A DNA stretch of 64,000 nt, taken from Patescibacteria group bacterium (GTDB lineage Bacteria; Patescibacteriota; Patescibacteriia; JAXHNJ01). A program made the position numbers and the translations under genes. The stretch lies in the NCBI GenBank assembly GCA_041649715.1, contig JBAZMP010000003.1, forward strand, positions 167,690-231,689. The letters run 5' to 3'. A model generated the notes under the pieces. It had not been told where the DNA came from. It saw only the letters and a list, made by a program, of their open reading frames with translations, and did not search any database. Every line of letters starts with the position of its first letter. The stretch's first letter is position 1. Positions 8,441-18,394 of the stretch are shown here, in pieces.

Positions 8441-9217
8441 TTAAATCTTAAAAAATCCTTCCGCGTTCTTTCCCGTCTGCTCAACCACTTTTTCCACCGG
8501 AATATTTTTCAATTCAGCGATTTTCTTGGCCACTTCGACAACGTATATCGGCTCGCAACGTTTGCCGCGATACGCCTGAGGCGCCAAATAAGGCGCATCG
8601 GTTTCTATAAACATCTTTTCTAATGGCACCTCTTTTACCACGGAAAAGAGTTCTTGGTCATCGGTAAAAGTGATAATGCCGGTAAACCCCAAGTAAAAGC
8701 CCAGAGCCAACAAACGTCGGGCAATTTCGCGGGAAGACAAAAAGCAATGGACGACCGCCGGAATCTCTTCTTCTTCTTTCATCAATGCGATCAGATCCTC
8801 ATAAGCGTCCCGGCAGTGCAAAATCACCGGCACGCCCGCTTGTCTGGCCACGCCCAAATGTTTCTTCAAAAGCTCTTTCTGCCCTTCTTTGGCTCTTGCT
8901 TCTTCTTCTTTGGACTCCGCCCACATCTGGTAATAATCCAAGCCCGTTTCCCCGACGGCCACCACTTTATTATCTTTGGCCAGTTTCAAATATTCTTCCG
9001 GCGAGAATTCTTCGTCATTGATATGGGTCGGGTGCAGACCGACGGCCCCAAAAACAAAATCAAACTCATGGGACATATCAGCGGCTTTTTTACTGTTTTG
9101 CATCTGCGAACCGACCGTTATCACCTTCATCCCTTTTTCTTGACAACGCTTGGCCACCTCACGATAATCTTTCTCAAAAGCCTCGAAATTTAAATGACAA
9201 TGGGTGTCTATTAGCAT
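8441..9217 (-). CDS. tatD: TatD-family metal-dependent hydrolase/DNase
   Basis: MLIDTHCHL N-terminus, conserved His/Asp/Glu metal ligands (HCF, ETDAPYL). Confidence 0.8.
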   Translation of the reverse strand: MLIDTHCHLNFEAFEKDYREVAKRCQEKGMKVITVGSQMQNSKKAADMSHEFDFVFGAVGLHPTHINDEEFSPEEYLKLAKDNKVVAVGETGLDYYQMWAESKEEEARAKEGQKELLKKHLGVARQAGVPVILHCRDAYEDLIALMKEEEEIPAVVHCFLSSREIARRLLALGFYLGFTGIITFTDDQELFSVVKEVPLEKMFIETDAPYLAPQAYRGKRCEPIYVVEVAKKIAELKNIPVEKVVEQTGKNAEGFFKI

Positions 9218-9285
9218 GTTTGTTGGTTTATTTTTCTACCTACTATTATTCTTGATATTTTAATTGTGCTTATAATAATGGTTTA

Positions 9286-9466
9286 AATCCCAAGCACCAA
9301 ATCCCAAGCACCAAACAAATTCGAAATCACAATTTTCTAAATTCCAAACCGCTCGCCTTTAAGATTATGTATATTATTTTGAATTTTGGAATTTTCCGCC
9401 AAAGGCGGATCAGCCCCGGGCTGAGAATTTGTTTTGAATTTTGTGCTTTGGATTTTGGATTTGGAG
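9286..9466. repeat. long imperfect palindrome (tandem AAATCCCAAGCACC x2 ... GTGCTTTGGATTTTGGATTTGG) with central GC hairpins
   Basis: Left arm 9286-9348 and right arm 9379-9466 are imperfect reverse complements; centre has CCGCCAAAGGCGG and CAGCCCCGGGCTG hairpins. Confidence 0.55.
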
Positions 9467-9482
9467 AAAATAGACAAACAAG

Positions 9483-9821
9483 CTAACAAGTCAGATGTAT
9501 CAGCGCCGCCACTCTTTTTCCTTCTTTTTTCAGCCGATTATATTCTTCGCAGGCGGCGGCCGAATCCTTAACGATCAGGGGAATTTTTTTGTCGGCGAAA
9601 AAATCATGGACTTCCTGACCAACCTGCATAATTGAGTCCGCGCCGTTGCCTATAATGATTATTTCTGGCTGCTCGCCGATAACTTGCCTGACATCGTCTT
9701 CATAAACCGCGTGGCCGGAAACCCGCTTCCAGTCAGATACTTTATCGGGGCCGACAAAAACATCTTTCTGATATTGCCGGCCGTCTATCACGATCCGGCC
9801 GAACTCATAAAGATCAATCAT
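9483..9821 (-). CDS. Mth938-like domain protein (DUF498 family)
   Basis: IDLYEFGRIVIDGRQYQKDVFV ... IIIIGNGADS pattern typical of Mth938/AAMDC fold. Confidence 0.55.
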   Translation of the reverse strand: MIDLYEFGRIVIDGRQYQKDVFVGPDKVSDWKRVSGHAVYEDDVRQVIGEQPEIIIIGNGADSIMQVGQEVHDFFADKKIPLIVKDSAAACEEYNRLKKEGKRVAALIHLTC

Positions 9822-10327
9822 TTGGGAATAATCTCGTTAAATTTTCGGACAGCCTCCGGAAACAAAGGCACCAGCCAGGAAGAAAAAACGACGAATATGT
9901 TAACCAGTTGGGAATTCTCGAAAGTATAGGCGAGAACCGTCCCTGAGCTGATCGTCTTGATAAAATTCAAGATAACGCCCAGGATCAATCCGCCCTCAAC
10001 CGCTCCTAAAAACAATCCTCCCAAACGGTTCAGCAAACTAAAACCGGGCAGGATCGCCACCGCCCCGAAGGTTTTGCTGATCAGACGGACCAAAGCGCCG
10101 ACAAGCTTGGAAATCAAGATAAGAAGGATGATAAAAGCGGCAATCTTGACCCCCATATTATCTTTAAGGCCGAAAAAGGCCACGAGATCGTCATACCAGC
10201 GGCTCGCCAAAATCACCCCTAAAAAAATTCCGACGATTGAACCCGCGGTCTCGATCAAACCCCGCCAGAAGCCGAACCAACAAAAGCCCAAAAAAGCCAT
10301 TAAAATCGCACCGTCAAAAAATTCCAT
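9818..10327 (-). CDS. cvpA: CvpA-family membrane protein (colicin V production protein)
   Basis: N-terminal FDGAILMAFLGFCWFGFWRGLI motif and 4 TM helices characteristic of CvpA. Confidence 0.7.
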   Translation of the reverse strand: MEFFDGAILMAFLGFCWFGFWRGLIETAGSIVGIFLGVILASRWYDDLVAFFGLKDNMGVKIAAFIILLILISKLVGALVRLISKTFGAVAILPGFSLLNRLGGLFLGAVEGGLILGVILNFIKTISSGTVLAYTFENSQLVNIFVVFSSWLVPLFPEAVRKFNEIIPK

Positions 10328-10339
10328 ATGATATATCGG

Positions 10340-11791
10340 TTAATTAATTCGGGGGAATATAGCCTCACCCTTAGTTATTTTACCACAAACCAGGGAATTA
10401 GTAATTCTGGCGGCGGTCTGCGGCATAAAAGGCGCCAAAGCCCGGGCCAGATCGCAAAGCATCGCCGCCAATTCGCTAAGAAGCTTTTCAAGTTTATCGC
10501 GGTCTTTTTTCTCTTTGGTCTTGGCCAATTTCCAGGGTTCGTTCTTATCAATTTCCTGATTCGCCCAAGTGACGGCATTTAAGATCTCGCTAAGCGCCTG
10601 GTCAAAGGAATAATTCTCAATTAAAGTATTTACTTTGCTAAAATCCTTGGGACTTTTCAAGATTTTGGGGATTTTACCGGCGCAATATTTTTCAATCATA
10701 TTCAAGACTCTGGCCACTAGATTACCCAGATTATTGGCCAAATCCGCGTTGTATTTTTCCCTGAATCTTGATTCGCTAATATCACCGTCTGACCCGAAGA
10801 TAAATTGTGAAATCAATAGATAACGGGCCGCGTCTACCCCGTATTTTTCCACTAAAAGATTGGGGTCCAGCGCATTGCCCAAAGTCTTAGACATTTTCTG
10901 TTTATCAATAGTGAAATAACCATGAATAAATTCCTCTTTTGGCGGATGTTCACCAACCGCTAAAAGTAAGGCGGGCCAGTAAACCGCGTGAAATTTTAAT
11001 ATCTCCTTGGCCATTAAGTGCAGATCCGCCGGCCACCATTTTTTGTATTCTTTTGCATTATCGCCATAACCAATGGCGGAAATATAATTCTGCAAAGCCT
11101 CGACCCAGACATAAACCACCTGTTTTTTATCAAAAACCAAAGGAATCCCCCATTTCACTTTTTCCCGAGAAACAGAAAAATCTTCCAAACCCTGATTGAT
11201 TAAAGACAAAACCTCGTTTTTCCTGGCCACCGGCAATATTTTAATCTCATCTTTTTCAATCAGCTCTTTCACTTGATCGATATAATTACCCAGTTTGAAA
11301 AAATAGTTATTTTCCGACAGTTTCACCGGCTCCTTTTTATGATCAGCGCATTTCCCATCAACTAAGTCTTTCTCGGTCATAAACTTTTCGCAACCCTCGC
11401 AATACAAACCCTCGTATTGGTCTTCGTAAATCGCTCCATTTTCTTTAAGTTTCAACATAAACTTGTCTACCGACTCGACGTGCCTTTTATCCGTGGTTCG
11501 GATAAAATAATCGTATTCAATGCCTAAATTCTGCCAGGCTACTTTGAATAAGGCCGTAACTTCATCACAAAAAGCCTGCGGGGTTTTTCCCTCTTTTTCC
11601 GCCGCTTGGGCTACTTTTGTCCCGTGCTCATCGGTGCCTGTTAAAAAGAAAACCTTATCCTTGCCCAGTTTATTCCGCCAGTAACGCGCTAAAATATCGG
11701 CCGCTAAGGTCGTATAAGCGTGACCGATATGCGGTTTATCATTAACGTAATATATGGGCGTTGTAATGTAGAATTTTTTGGGCATTGACAT
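10340..11791 (-). CDS. metG: methionyl-tRNA synthetase (short form, no C-terminal tRNA-binding domain)
   Basis: HIGH motif PHIGHAYT, zinc knuckle CEGCEKF...CADHKK, KMSKS motif KMSKTLGN. Confidence 0.9.
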   Translation of the reverse strand: MSMPKKFYITTPIYYVNDKPHIGHAYTTLAADILARYWRNKLGKDKVFFLTGTDEHGTKVAQAAEKEGKTPQAFCDEVTALFKVAWQNLGIEYDYFIRTTDKRHVESVDKFMLKLKENGAIYEDQYEGLYCEGCEKFMTEKDLVDGKCADHKKEPVKLSENNYFFKLGNYIDQVKELIEKDEIKILPVARKNEVLSLINQGLEDFSVSREKVKWGIPLVFDKKQVVYVWVEALQNYISAIGYGDNAKEYKKWWPADLHLMAKEILKFHAVYWPALLLAVGEHPPKEEFIHGYFTIDKQKMSKTLGNALDPNLLVEKYGVDAARYLLISQFIFGSDGDISESRFREKYNADLANNLGNLVARVLNMIEKYCAGKIPKILKSPKDFSKVNTLIENYSFDQALSEILNAVTWANQEIDKNEPWKLAKTKEKKDRDKLEKLLSELAAMLCDLARALAPFMPQTAARITNSLVCGKITKGEAIFPRIN

Positions 11792-11861
11792 ATTATTATT
11801 TATAGACTATAATAATTTAATTTATTTGCTCTTTACCTGTTACCAACGAAGGAGGTCGTAG

Positions 11862-12158
11862 ATGATCAATGTCAGTCCTAAAGCAGGAACGTTCTTGCGC
11901 CAGATCCGGACGAGTTTGCCGGAAGGTTCCGCCGAAAAGCGGTTGGTGGAACAACTGATAACTGGATCAATCCATATGCTCAGCCAAGCGGAACGCCAGA
12001 GCCTGGCTGATCTTTGCGGAAAGACCGCCATCAACGGACTCGAGGTACCGTTGCATCTACGGCGGGAATTCCAGGTGATCAGCGAGAGCATCCGCGCTTT
12101 CCGAACCCAGCAAGAGGTGAAATTCAGGCAGCGTCGCAATAGGCAAGCCGAGGGCTAA
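11862..12158 (+). CDS. hypothetical protein (98 aa), GC-rich
   Basis: Strong SD GAAGGAGG 6 nt upstream of ATG; followed by perfect-stem terminator; antisense ORF rejected. Confidence 0.45.
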   Translation: MINVSPKAGTFLRQIRTSLPEGSAEKRLVEQLITGSIHMLSQAERQSLADLCGKTAINGLEVPLHLRREFQVISESIRAFRTQQEVKFRQRRNRQAEG

Positions 12159-12176
12159 GTTCCTGGCAATCCTTAA

Positions 12177-12211
12177 CCGGTACTCCCCGCGGAGTACCGG
12201 TTCATTTTTTT
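12177..12211 (+). terminator. rho-independent terminator (CCGGTACTCC-ccgc-GGAGTACCGG-TTCATTTTTTT)
   Basis: 10-bp perfect stem, T-run; overlaps 3' end of convergent rsmI. Confidence 0.7.
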
Positions 12212-12888
12212 CCGCCGACCAAAACCACGAATTCTCCCCTTACTTTATCTAAATTATTTTCAAAATAGCTTTTTATCTCGTTAATATTCCCCCGTTTTAT
12301 CTCCTCAAACATTTTCGTCAGCTCGCGGCAGACGACTATTTTTCTTTTTTCCGTCAAGATCTGCGATAAACTCTGCAGGGTCTTTAAAACGCGGTGAGGC
12401 GATTCATAAAAGATGACGGTTTCGCGGCTTTCAGCAATCTGTTTGAATAACGTCTCTCTCCCCTTTTTATGGGGCAAAAATCCCAAGAAAACAAACCGAT
12501 CGCAGGGCAGACCGGAGACAGAGGCGGCGGCCGCCAGAGCGGAAGGGCCCGGGATCGGGATAATTTTCACGCCTTCGCCCAAAGAGGCCAGTACGTCGGC
12601 AATCAGGCGGTTGCCGGGATCAGAAATCCCCGGCGTCCCGGCTTCGCTCACCAAACCGGCGGATTTTCCCTGCCTTAATAAATTTATTATCTCGTCCACT
12701 CTTTGTATTTTTGAATGTTCGTGATAGCTGATCAAAGGCTTCTTTATCTCATAATGATTGAGCAGTTTAACCGTTTCCCTCTTATCCTCGCAAATAATAA
12801 AATCCACTTCTTTCAAAACATCCAGCGCCCTAAAGGTCAAATCTTTTAAGTGGCCGATCGGCGTGGCAATAAGATAAAGTTTCGGCAT
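12202..12888 (-). CDS. rsmI: 16S rRNA (cytidine1402-2'-O)-methyltransferase RsmI
   Basis: Tetrapyrrole-methylase fold; YLIATPIGHLKDLTFRALDVLKEVDFIICEDKRETVKLL matches RsmI N-terminus; ends with TGA stop. Confidence 0.85.
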   Translation of the reverse strand: MPKLYLIATPIGHLKDLTFRALDVLKEVDFIICEDKRETVKLLNHYEIKKPLISYHEHSKIQRVDEIINLLRQGKSAGLVSEAGTPGISDPGNRLIADVLASLGEGVKIIPIPGPSALAAAASVSGLPCDRFVFLGFLPHKKGRETLFKQIAESRETVIFYESPHRVLKTLQSLSQILTEKRKIVVCRELTKMFEEIKRGNINEIKSYFENNLDKVRGEFVVLVGGKK

Positions 12889-12914
12889 TTATGAATAAAT
12901 ATTAAACCCTGACA

Positions 12915-12950
12915 AAAATTAATTAATCAGGGTCTCAAATTAACGCATTT
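12915..12950 (-). terminator. terminator hairpin after AI-2E transporter gene
   Basis: CCCTGA-loop-TCAGGG stem followed by T-rich tract on minus strand. Confidence 0.4.
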
Positions 12951-12961
12951 TTTTCATCTTT

Positions 12962-14017
12962 TTAGCCAATCCCTTCACCTTCGATCCGATCCTCTTTTTC
13001 TCTTTTTTCCTTAAAAAAATCCTTTAGGAATTCATCGCCGATGATCGTAATGGGGATAGCCAAGATTATCCCTAAAATGCCGAGCAGCTTTGACGCCAAA
13101 AGCATGACTATAATCACCACGATCGGATTGAGGCCCGTCACTTTCTGCATCACTTTAGGCACCAGCAGATTATTCTCCAGCTGCTGGATTAGGATGTAAA
13201 GAATGACGACGAAAATCGCCTTCCAGGGGGAAACAGTCAAGGCGATCAAGACCGCCGGCACCGCCCCGATAATCGGCCCGGCGATGGGAATAAATTCGGT
13301 GATTCCCGCAATTAATCCTAAAACTAGCGGGTAAGGGACTTGCAAAATGACCAATCCGATGAAACAAACCGTGCCGATGACGACGCACAAAATCAGCTGC
13401 CCTTTGATCCAGAAACCCAGGCGGGTTTGAATCCGGCTGATAAGCAAAACAAAATAAGGCTGGTATTTGGCCGGGGAAATCGCGGCAATGACCTTGCGGA
13501 AACCGTCCTCAATCAGAACAATATAGAAAGTCAGGACTAAAATACCGACCAGAGAGAATAAACCGCCGAAGAGCCCAGACAAACCGGCAAAAATACTGGA
13601 GGTAATATCGCCCAAAGTGGAAACGATGCTTTGCAGACTTTCCTGGATTGTTTTTACCAACTCGCTGCCCGAACCGGCCGCTCCCGGCAAACTATTCTGT
13701 ATCTTTTCATAAAGAGAGGGAAAATTGCCGGCAAACTGTTTAAGCTGGCTGGAGATAGCCGGAATGATCAAGGCAATGGCCACACTGATCAAACCCAGAA
13801 TAATGACATAAAAAATGACAATACTGAGCACGCGGGGAATATTCCTTTTCTGCAGCTTATCCACCCAGGGTGCCAAAGCGGAAGCTAAAACCACCGAAAC
13901 AAAGATCATGATTATGACATCGCGGACGTAATACAAAAAAAGAAGGGCGATAACCACCAAAATTAGCTTAATAAAGCTGGCCGTGGAAAATGTGACTGGC
14001 TGTCCTCTTCCGTTCAT
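12962..14017 (-). CDS. AI-2E family transporter (PerM/UPF0118)
   Basis: 8 TM helices and conserved C-terminal LNPIVVIIVMLLASKLLGILGIILAIPI region. Confidence 0.8.
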   Translation of the reverse strand: MNGRGQPVTFSTASFIKLILVVIALLFLYYVRDVIIMIFVSVVLASALAPWVDKLQKRNIPRVLSIVIFYVIILGLISVAIALIIPAISSQLKQFAGNFPSLYEKIQNSLPGAAGSGSELVKTIQESLQSIVSTLGDITSSIFAGLSGLFGGLFSLVGILVLTFYIVLIEDGFRKVIAAISPAKYQPYFVLLISRIQTRLGFWIKGQLILCVVIGTVCFIGLVILQVPYPLVLGLIAGITEFIPIAGPIIGAVPAVLIALTVSPWKAIFVVILYILIQQLENNLLVPKVMQKVTGLNPIVVIIVMLLASKLLGILGIILAIPITIIGDEFLKDFFKEKREKEDRIEGEGIG

Positions 14018-14032
14018 GCTTATATTATAAAA

Positions 14033-15310
14033 TTATTTAAGATTTCGGTCAATAAAACGGACAAACTCGTTTTTCTTGGCGAAAGGGCCGATGACGACCA
14101 AATTCATCAATTTCTTTGAGAGGATCTTTGCCGCCGCCCGCTTTATTTCGGCTCGCGTCACCTTGTCCACCTTTTTAAATTTTTCTTCCGGCTTTTCTAT
14201 CTTACCCGTCAATAGCTGCTGTTTCGCTAAAAATGAAGCGATCTCGCTTGACTCTTCCAGCTCCAGGACCAGCTTGCCCTTTAAGAAATCCTTGGCGCGT
14301 TTTAACTCGGCAGGACTGACGCCTTGCTTTTTGATCTTCATTAGTTCCTGCCAAAGCACAGCCAAAGCCTCAAAAATCCTGGATTTATCCAGGCCCGCCT
14401 GGATGAATAAAAGGCCGGTATCTTCATAGATGTTGGGGATCGCTTTTATATAATAGCACAAGCCTCTTCTTTCCCGCATTTCGATAAAAAGCCGGGAACT
14501 CATCGAACCGCCTAAAATCACGGATAGTAAATAAAACGGATAAATATTCTTGTCAAAATAAGAAAAAGCCTTAAAACCCAAGCCCACCTGCACTTGCTCC
14601 GTCTCTTTAAACTTAAGGGTCACCTGCGGCTTTTTCTGTTTTGAAGAAAATCTGCGGAAAACAGGCGCTTTATTTTTCTGGCTCTTCGGATTAAAATATT
14701 TCCCGATCAAATTCTTGACTTTTTTTTCCTCAAAATTACCGGCGACCGCGATCAGCATATTCTTGGGGTGGTAAAATTTCTGATGATATCTGACCAGTTC
14801 CGACCGGGAAAAACGGCGGATATTTTCCCTCGACCCGATAACCAAACGGCCTAAAGGACCGCTTCCGAAAACCGTCCTTTCCATCAGATCCTCAATATAA
14901 AGGAGCGGATTATCTTCGTACATATTAATCTCTTCTATGATCACTCCTTTTTCCTTGGCCATTTCTTTGATCTCGAACTTGGAATGGAAAAGGATGTCGG
15001 AAAGAACATCTACAGCCAGCTCTACTTTCTTATCGATCACTTTCACATAGAAGCCGGTCAAGTCCTTGGTCGTAAAGGCATTGAAATCCGCGCCCACCTG
15101 GTCCAGGGCTTTAGAGATATCCAGGGTATTCGGCCTCTTTTTCGTCCCTTTGAACAGCATATGTTCTAAAAAATGGGAAAGGCCGTTAAGCTGGGTGGAT
15201 TCATAGCGCGACCCGACTTTAAAAAGCACCAAAACGGTCACCGCCTTGGTCTCTTTCATCGGGGCCAAGATCAGCTTGGCCTGGTTTTTTAGGGTAAGAA
15301 GTTTAAACAA
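14033..15310 (-). CDS. M16-family (pitrilysin/insulinase-like) zinc peptidase
   Basis: Inverted zinc motif HFLEHMLFKGT, downstream Glu, two-domain length. Confidence 0.8.
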   Translation of the reverse strand: MFKLLTLKNQAKLILAPMKETKAVTVLVLFKVGSRYESTQLNGLSHFLEHMLFKGTKKRPNTLDISKALDQVGADFNAFTTKDLTGFYVKVIDKKVELAVDVLSDILFHSKFEIKEMAKEKGVIIEEINMYEDNPLLYIEDLMERTVFGSGPLGRLVIGSRENIRRFSRSELVRYHQKFYHPKNMLIAVAGNFEEKKVKNLIGKYFNPKSQKNKAPVFRRFSSKQKKPQVTLKFKETEQVQVGLGFKAFSYFDKNIYPFYLLSVILGGSMSSRLFIEMRERRGLCYYIKAIPNIYEDTGLLFIQAGLDKSRIFEALAVLWQELMKIKKQGVSPAELKRAKDFLKGKLVLELEESSEIASFLAKQQLLTGKIEKPEEKFKKVDKVTRAEIKRAAAKILSKKLMNLVVIGPFAKKNEFVRFIDRNLK

Positions 15311-15410
15311 AGTATTTTGTTTAGAATTTTGATGTTGGGATTTGTTTCCCCGTTAGAAACGCGGTTTCTAAACGGGGTTTCGGATTTAGGATTTATTTAG
15401 GAATTAGAAA

Positions 15411-16745
15411 TTAATCCAACTTGCCCTTCAAATAACCCAATAATTCCTCAATAGCGATCCTCTCCTGCTTCATCGTATCTCTATCTCTCACGGTTACTTT
15501 CTTGTCTTCCAAAGAATCAAAATCTATGGTCACGCAATAAGGCGTCCCAATTTCATCCTGCCTTCTATAACGCCTGCCAATAGAAGCAACTTCGTCATAA
15601 GCGCACATAAAATGCGGCCGTAAAGTATCATAAATTTCATTAGCTAATTTAGCCACCGGTTCTTTTTTGGACAAAGGCAAAACCGCCACTTTTATAGGCG
15701 CCAAATCCTTATGCAATCTTAAAACCACTTCTTCTTCTTTATTGCTTTCCGTGGTGGTGGTCCGGCCGCCTTTGATTTCCTCGTAAGCATCGATTAAAAA
15801 TAATAAAAGACCTCTGTCCACGCCCATCGAAACCTCTTCGACGAAAGGCATGAATTTATTTCCTGTTTCTTCGTCGCGATAGCTCATATCTACGCCACTG
15901 AATTTACTGTGCCTGGACAAATCCCAATCGCCGCGATTATGAATCCCCGCAAACTCGTCCCAACCAGCAAAAGGCGTTTTATACTCCACGTCCCATGCTT
16001 CCCTAGCGTAATGGACAAGCTCATCTTTTGTATGTTGTCTCAAACGCAGATTTTCTGGATGGCAAACAAATTTTTTATACCAGCTCAATGTCCACTCTTT
16101 CCATTCTCTATAATACTTCTCGGCCGTCTCGGGTTTGACAAAATATTGCATCTCCATCTGCTCAAACTCTCGTGTCCTAAAAATAAAATTGCCGGGCGTA
16201 ATTTCATTTCTGAAGGATTTGCCGATTTGCGCGATACCAAACGGCAGTTTTTTCCGCGTTGCCTCTTTAACATTTAAATAATCTAGGTAAATGCTTTGGC
16301 AAGTTTCGCCACGCAGGTATGCCTCGCTCTGTTTGCCCTCAACCGCGCCCAAATGGGTTTTCATTAAAAGGTTAAATTTCTTTGTTTCCGTAAAATCACC
16401 CCCGCATTCAGGGCATTTTTTGCCATCTATTTTGTCCGCGCGAAAACGCTGGTGGCATTTTTTGCATTCAACAAGCGGGTCGGTAAAACTTTCAAGATGT
16501 CCGGACGCCTCCCATACTATTCTGGGCGTTAGAATAGAACTATCAAGCCCGACCACATCAATTCTTTCTTGTACCATTTTTTTCCACCAGGCGCGTTTGA
16601 TATTATTCTTTAATTCTACGCCCAAAGGACCATAATCCCAACAAGAATTAAGCCCACCGTATATTTCTGCGGCCTGAAAGATAAAACCTCTTCTTTTACA
16701 TAAAGAAGTTAATTTATCCATGATAGATTGCTTTTGATTAGCCAT
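15411..16745 (-). CDS. glyQS: glycyl-tRNA synthetase, alpha2 (dimeric, class II) type
   Basis: N-terminus MANQKQSIMDKLTSLCKRRGFIFQAAEIYGGLNSCWDYGPLG diagnostic for GlyQS; class II motifs. Confidence 0.9.
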   Translation of the reverse strand: MANQKQSIMDKLTSLCKRRGFIFQAAEIYGGLNSCWDYGPLGVELKNNIKRAWWKKMVQERIDVVGLDSSILTPRIVWEASGHLESFTDPLVECKKCHQRFRADKIDGKKCPECGGDFTETKKFNLLMKTHLGAVEGKQSEAYLRGETCQSIYLDYLNVKEATRKKLPFGIAQIGKSFRNEITPGNFIFRTREFEQMEMQYFVKPETAEKYYREWKEWTLSWYKKFVCHPENLRLRQHTKDELVHYAREAWDVEYKTPFAGWDEFAGIHNRGDWDLSRHSKFSGVDMSYRDEETGNKFMPFVEEVSMGVDRGLLLFLIDAYEEIKGGRTTTTESNKEEEVVLRLHKDLAPIKVAVLPLSKKEPVAKLANEIYDTLRPHFMCAYDEVASIGRRYRRQDEIGTPYCVTIDFDSLEDKKVTVRDRDTMKQERIAIEELLGYLKGKLD

Positions 16746-16783
16746 AAATTTAATTTAATTATAGTAAAAAAACCCCTTAAAAG

Positions 16784-16816
16784 CAAGAAAAAAGCCATCA
16801 AGCGCTTGTTTGGCTT
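16784..16816 (-). terminator. rho-independent terminator (AAGCCA-loop-TGGCTT + T-run on minus strand)
   Basis: Hairpin immediately downstream of stop of 16823..17047. Confidence 0.5.
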
Positions 16817-16822
16817 AATGGC

Positions 16823-17047
16823 TCATTTCTGCTTACCTTTCGGCAGAAGACCAAGGTGGTAAAGGACGGCCATGACGGCAGCAGTCTGCCAGACTAAGAC
16901 GTCCTCGCCCAACTCCTGTCTCTCTGTTTCCATGACTCTTTTTTTCGCCTGAATATATTCGGTTCTCTGCTTATGCCATTCCTCGCGTTTATCCGGGCGA
17001 TGGTACTTCCAGGGCATCCTCATGATAATCACCACCTCAAGTTGCAT
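16823..17047 (-). CDS. hypothetical protein (74 aa)
   Basis: AGGAGG SD before ATG; no recognisable domain. Confidence 0.35.
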   Translation of the reverse strand: MQLEVVIIMRMPWKYHRPDKREEWHKQRTEYIQAKKRVMETERQELGEDVLVWQTAAVMAVLYHLGLLPKGKQK

Positions 17048-17133
17048 TACCTCCTATTATCAACATAGCGAAAAACTTAAAAATGTCAAGACAAAAAAGC
17101 GTTTCTTCACGGGAAGAAACGCTTATCAAAAGA

Positions 17134-18288
17134 TCAAGAATAATCATACCAGGTGATCGCTTCAGAAACGCCTATCAGGCTCTTCTTCGCTGCCTCCCAC
17201 TCTTTCGCTTTAAGCGACAGATAAGCGGCTCGGGCATTTTTTATGGCTTCATCTAAACACTTCTTCTGGAAATCTTTCTCCTCCACCAGAATCATCTGGC
17301 CGGCGATCTCGCGCAGCTTCATGATGAGCGAGGCTTTAACAAAGAGGCCGGTATTGATGACGTAGGTGACTTCCAGAATAAGGTCTTCTACTTCCCCCTG
17401 GATTTTTTTCAAGCTCAGGGAATTATACGCCCGGCTTATTTCGACGATTGCTTCCTCAATCCGGTTGGCCAGGATCAGATCGGCGCCCTTTTGAAGTTCC
17501 TTAGTGCCAAGCTCCGCATTAGCGAGGAAAGGTTGAAAGTTTATCACCTCCAAATCAACGATAATGCTGTGGAGCCGGGCGACCATCCGCTGCCTGACCC
17601 TTTCCTCCACCTGATACTGACGCCCTTCACTGAAATCGACAATCGCTTTAAGGAAATGGCAGGATGAAGCGAGCAGATACTCGGCGAAATCGAAAACCGC
17701 TTTTGAAGCCAATAACCGAGGCATTAAGATTTCCTCGATTTTTTCGATTGTAACGAGACGCTCGCCAAACCGGTTGCCGGCGGCCACCGACCGGGCGCGC
17801 AAAGCGCCGGGATTGATTCGGCCCAACGAATCATGGACCAGAGGTATCGGCTCGATCACCCGCAAGCCATTCTCCTTGGTCTCGTCTCTCACCCGGCCGA
17901 CAATCCGGAAAATCTCGTCGACCCTTTCTGTCAATGCCTTTTCATAACCGGCGAGATTACCTTTATTAAGGCCGATCACCGCCAGATTCAATTCCTTGGC
18001 GGCTTCAATCGCTTGCCTCATGACCGACTTCTCGCCGTAATAAGGCTGGTCGTAGCCATTCAGAATGTCTACGACCTGGCGGTGAAAAAGATAAATGCTC
18101 GACAGAAGCTGGAATTTTCTTGTTTCACCCGACCATTTCGGGACGGCGAATTGACCCTTGTGCTTTCCTTCCGTGATCAAGATAACCCGTGTGTTAAGCA
18201 GATACCGACCCCTGGCTTTACCTCGGTGTCTGTACAATTCCGCCTCACCATGGACCCGGCTCAAGAAACGATAAGCCATGATAACCAC
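17134..18288 (-). CDS. hypothetical protein (384 aa), orphan, GC-rich
   Basis: GAGGTGG SD 7 nt upstream; N-terminal alpha/beta region (VIGLNKGNLAGYEKAL) plus C-terminal all-alpha region; no family recognised. Confidence 0.5.
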   Translation of the reverse strand: MVIMAYRFLSRVHGEAELYRHRGKARGRYLLNTRVILITEGKHKGQFAVPKWSGETRKFQLLSSIYLFHRQVVDILNGYDQPYYGEKSVMRQAIEAAKELNLAVIGLNKGNLAGYEKALTERVDEIFRIVGRVRDETKENGLRVIEPIPLVHDSLGRINPGALRARSVAAGNRFGERLVTIEKIEEILMPRLLASKAVFDFAEYLLASSCHFLKAIVDFSEGRQYQVEERVRQRMVARLHSIIVDLEVINFQPFLANAELGTKELQKGADLILANRIEEAIVEISRAYNSLSLKKIQGEVEDLILEVTYVINTGLFVKASLIMKLREIAGQMILVEEKDFQKKCLDEAIKNARAAYLSLKAKEWEAAKKSLIGVSEAITWYDYS

Positions 18289-18305
18289 CTCGATTTTTAA
18301 AGTAC

Positions 18306-18339
18306 AAGAACAAAAAAGCTACCTAATCTTGATAGCTTA
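18306..18339 (-). terminator. rho-independent terminator between small membrane-protein pair and 384-aa ORF
   Basis: AAGCTA-loop-TAGCTT hairpin followed by T6 on minus strand. Confidence 0.5.
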
Positions 18340-18394
18340 ACTTAGCGCGATTCTAATACTTTGTCAATCTCGGATGTTGATAAAAATTTAGTAA

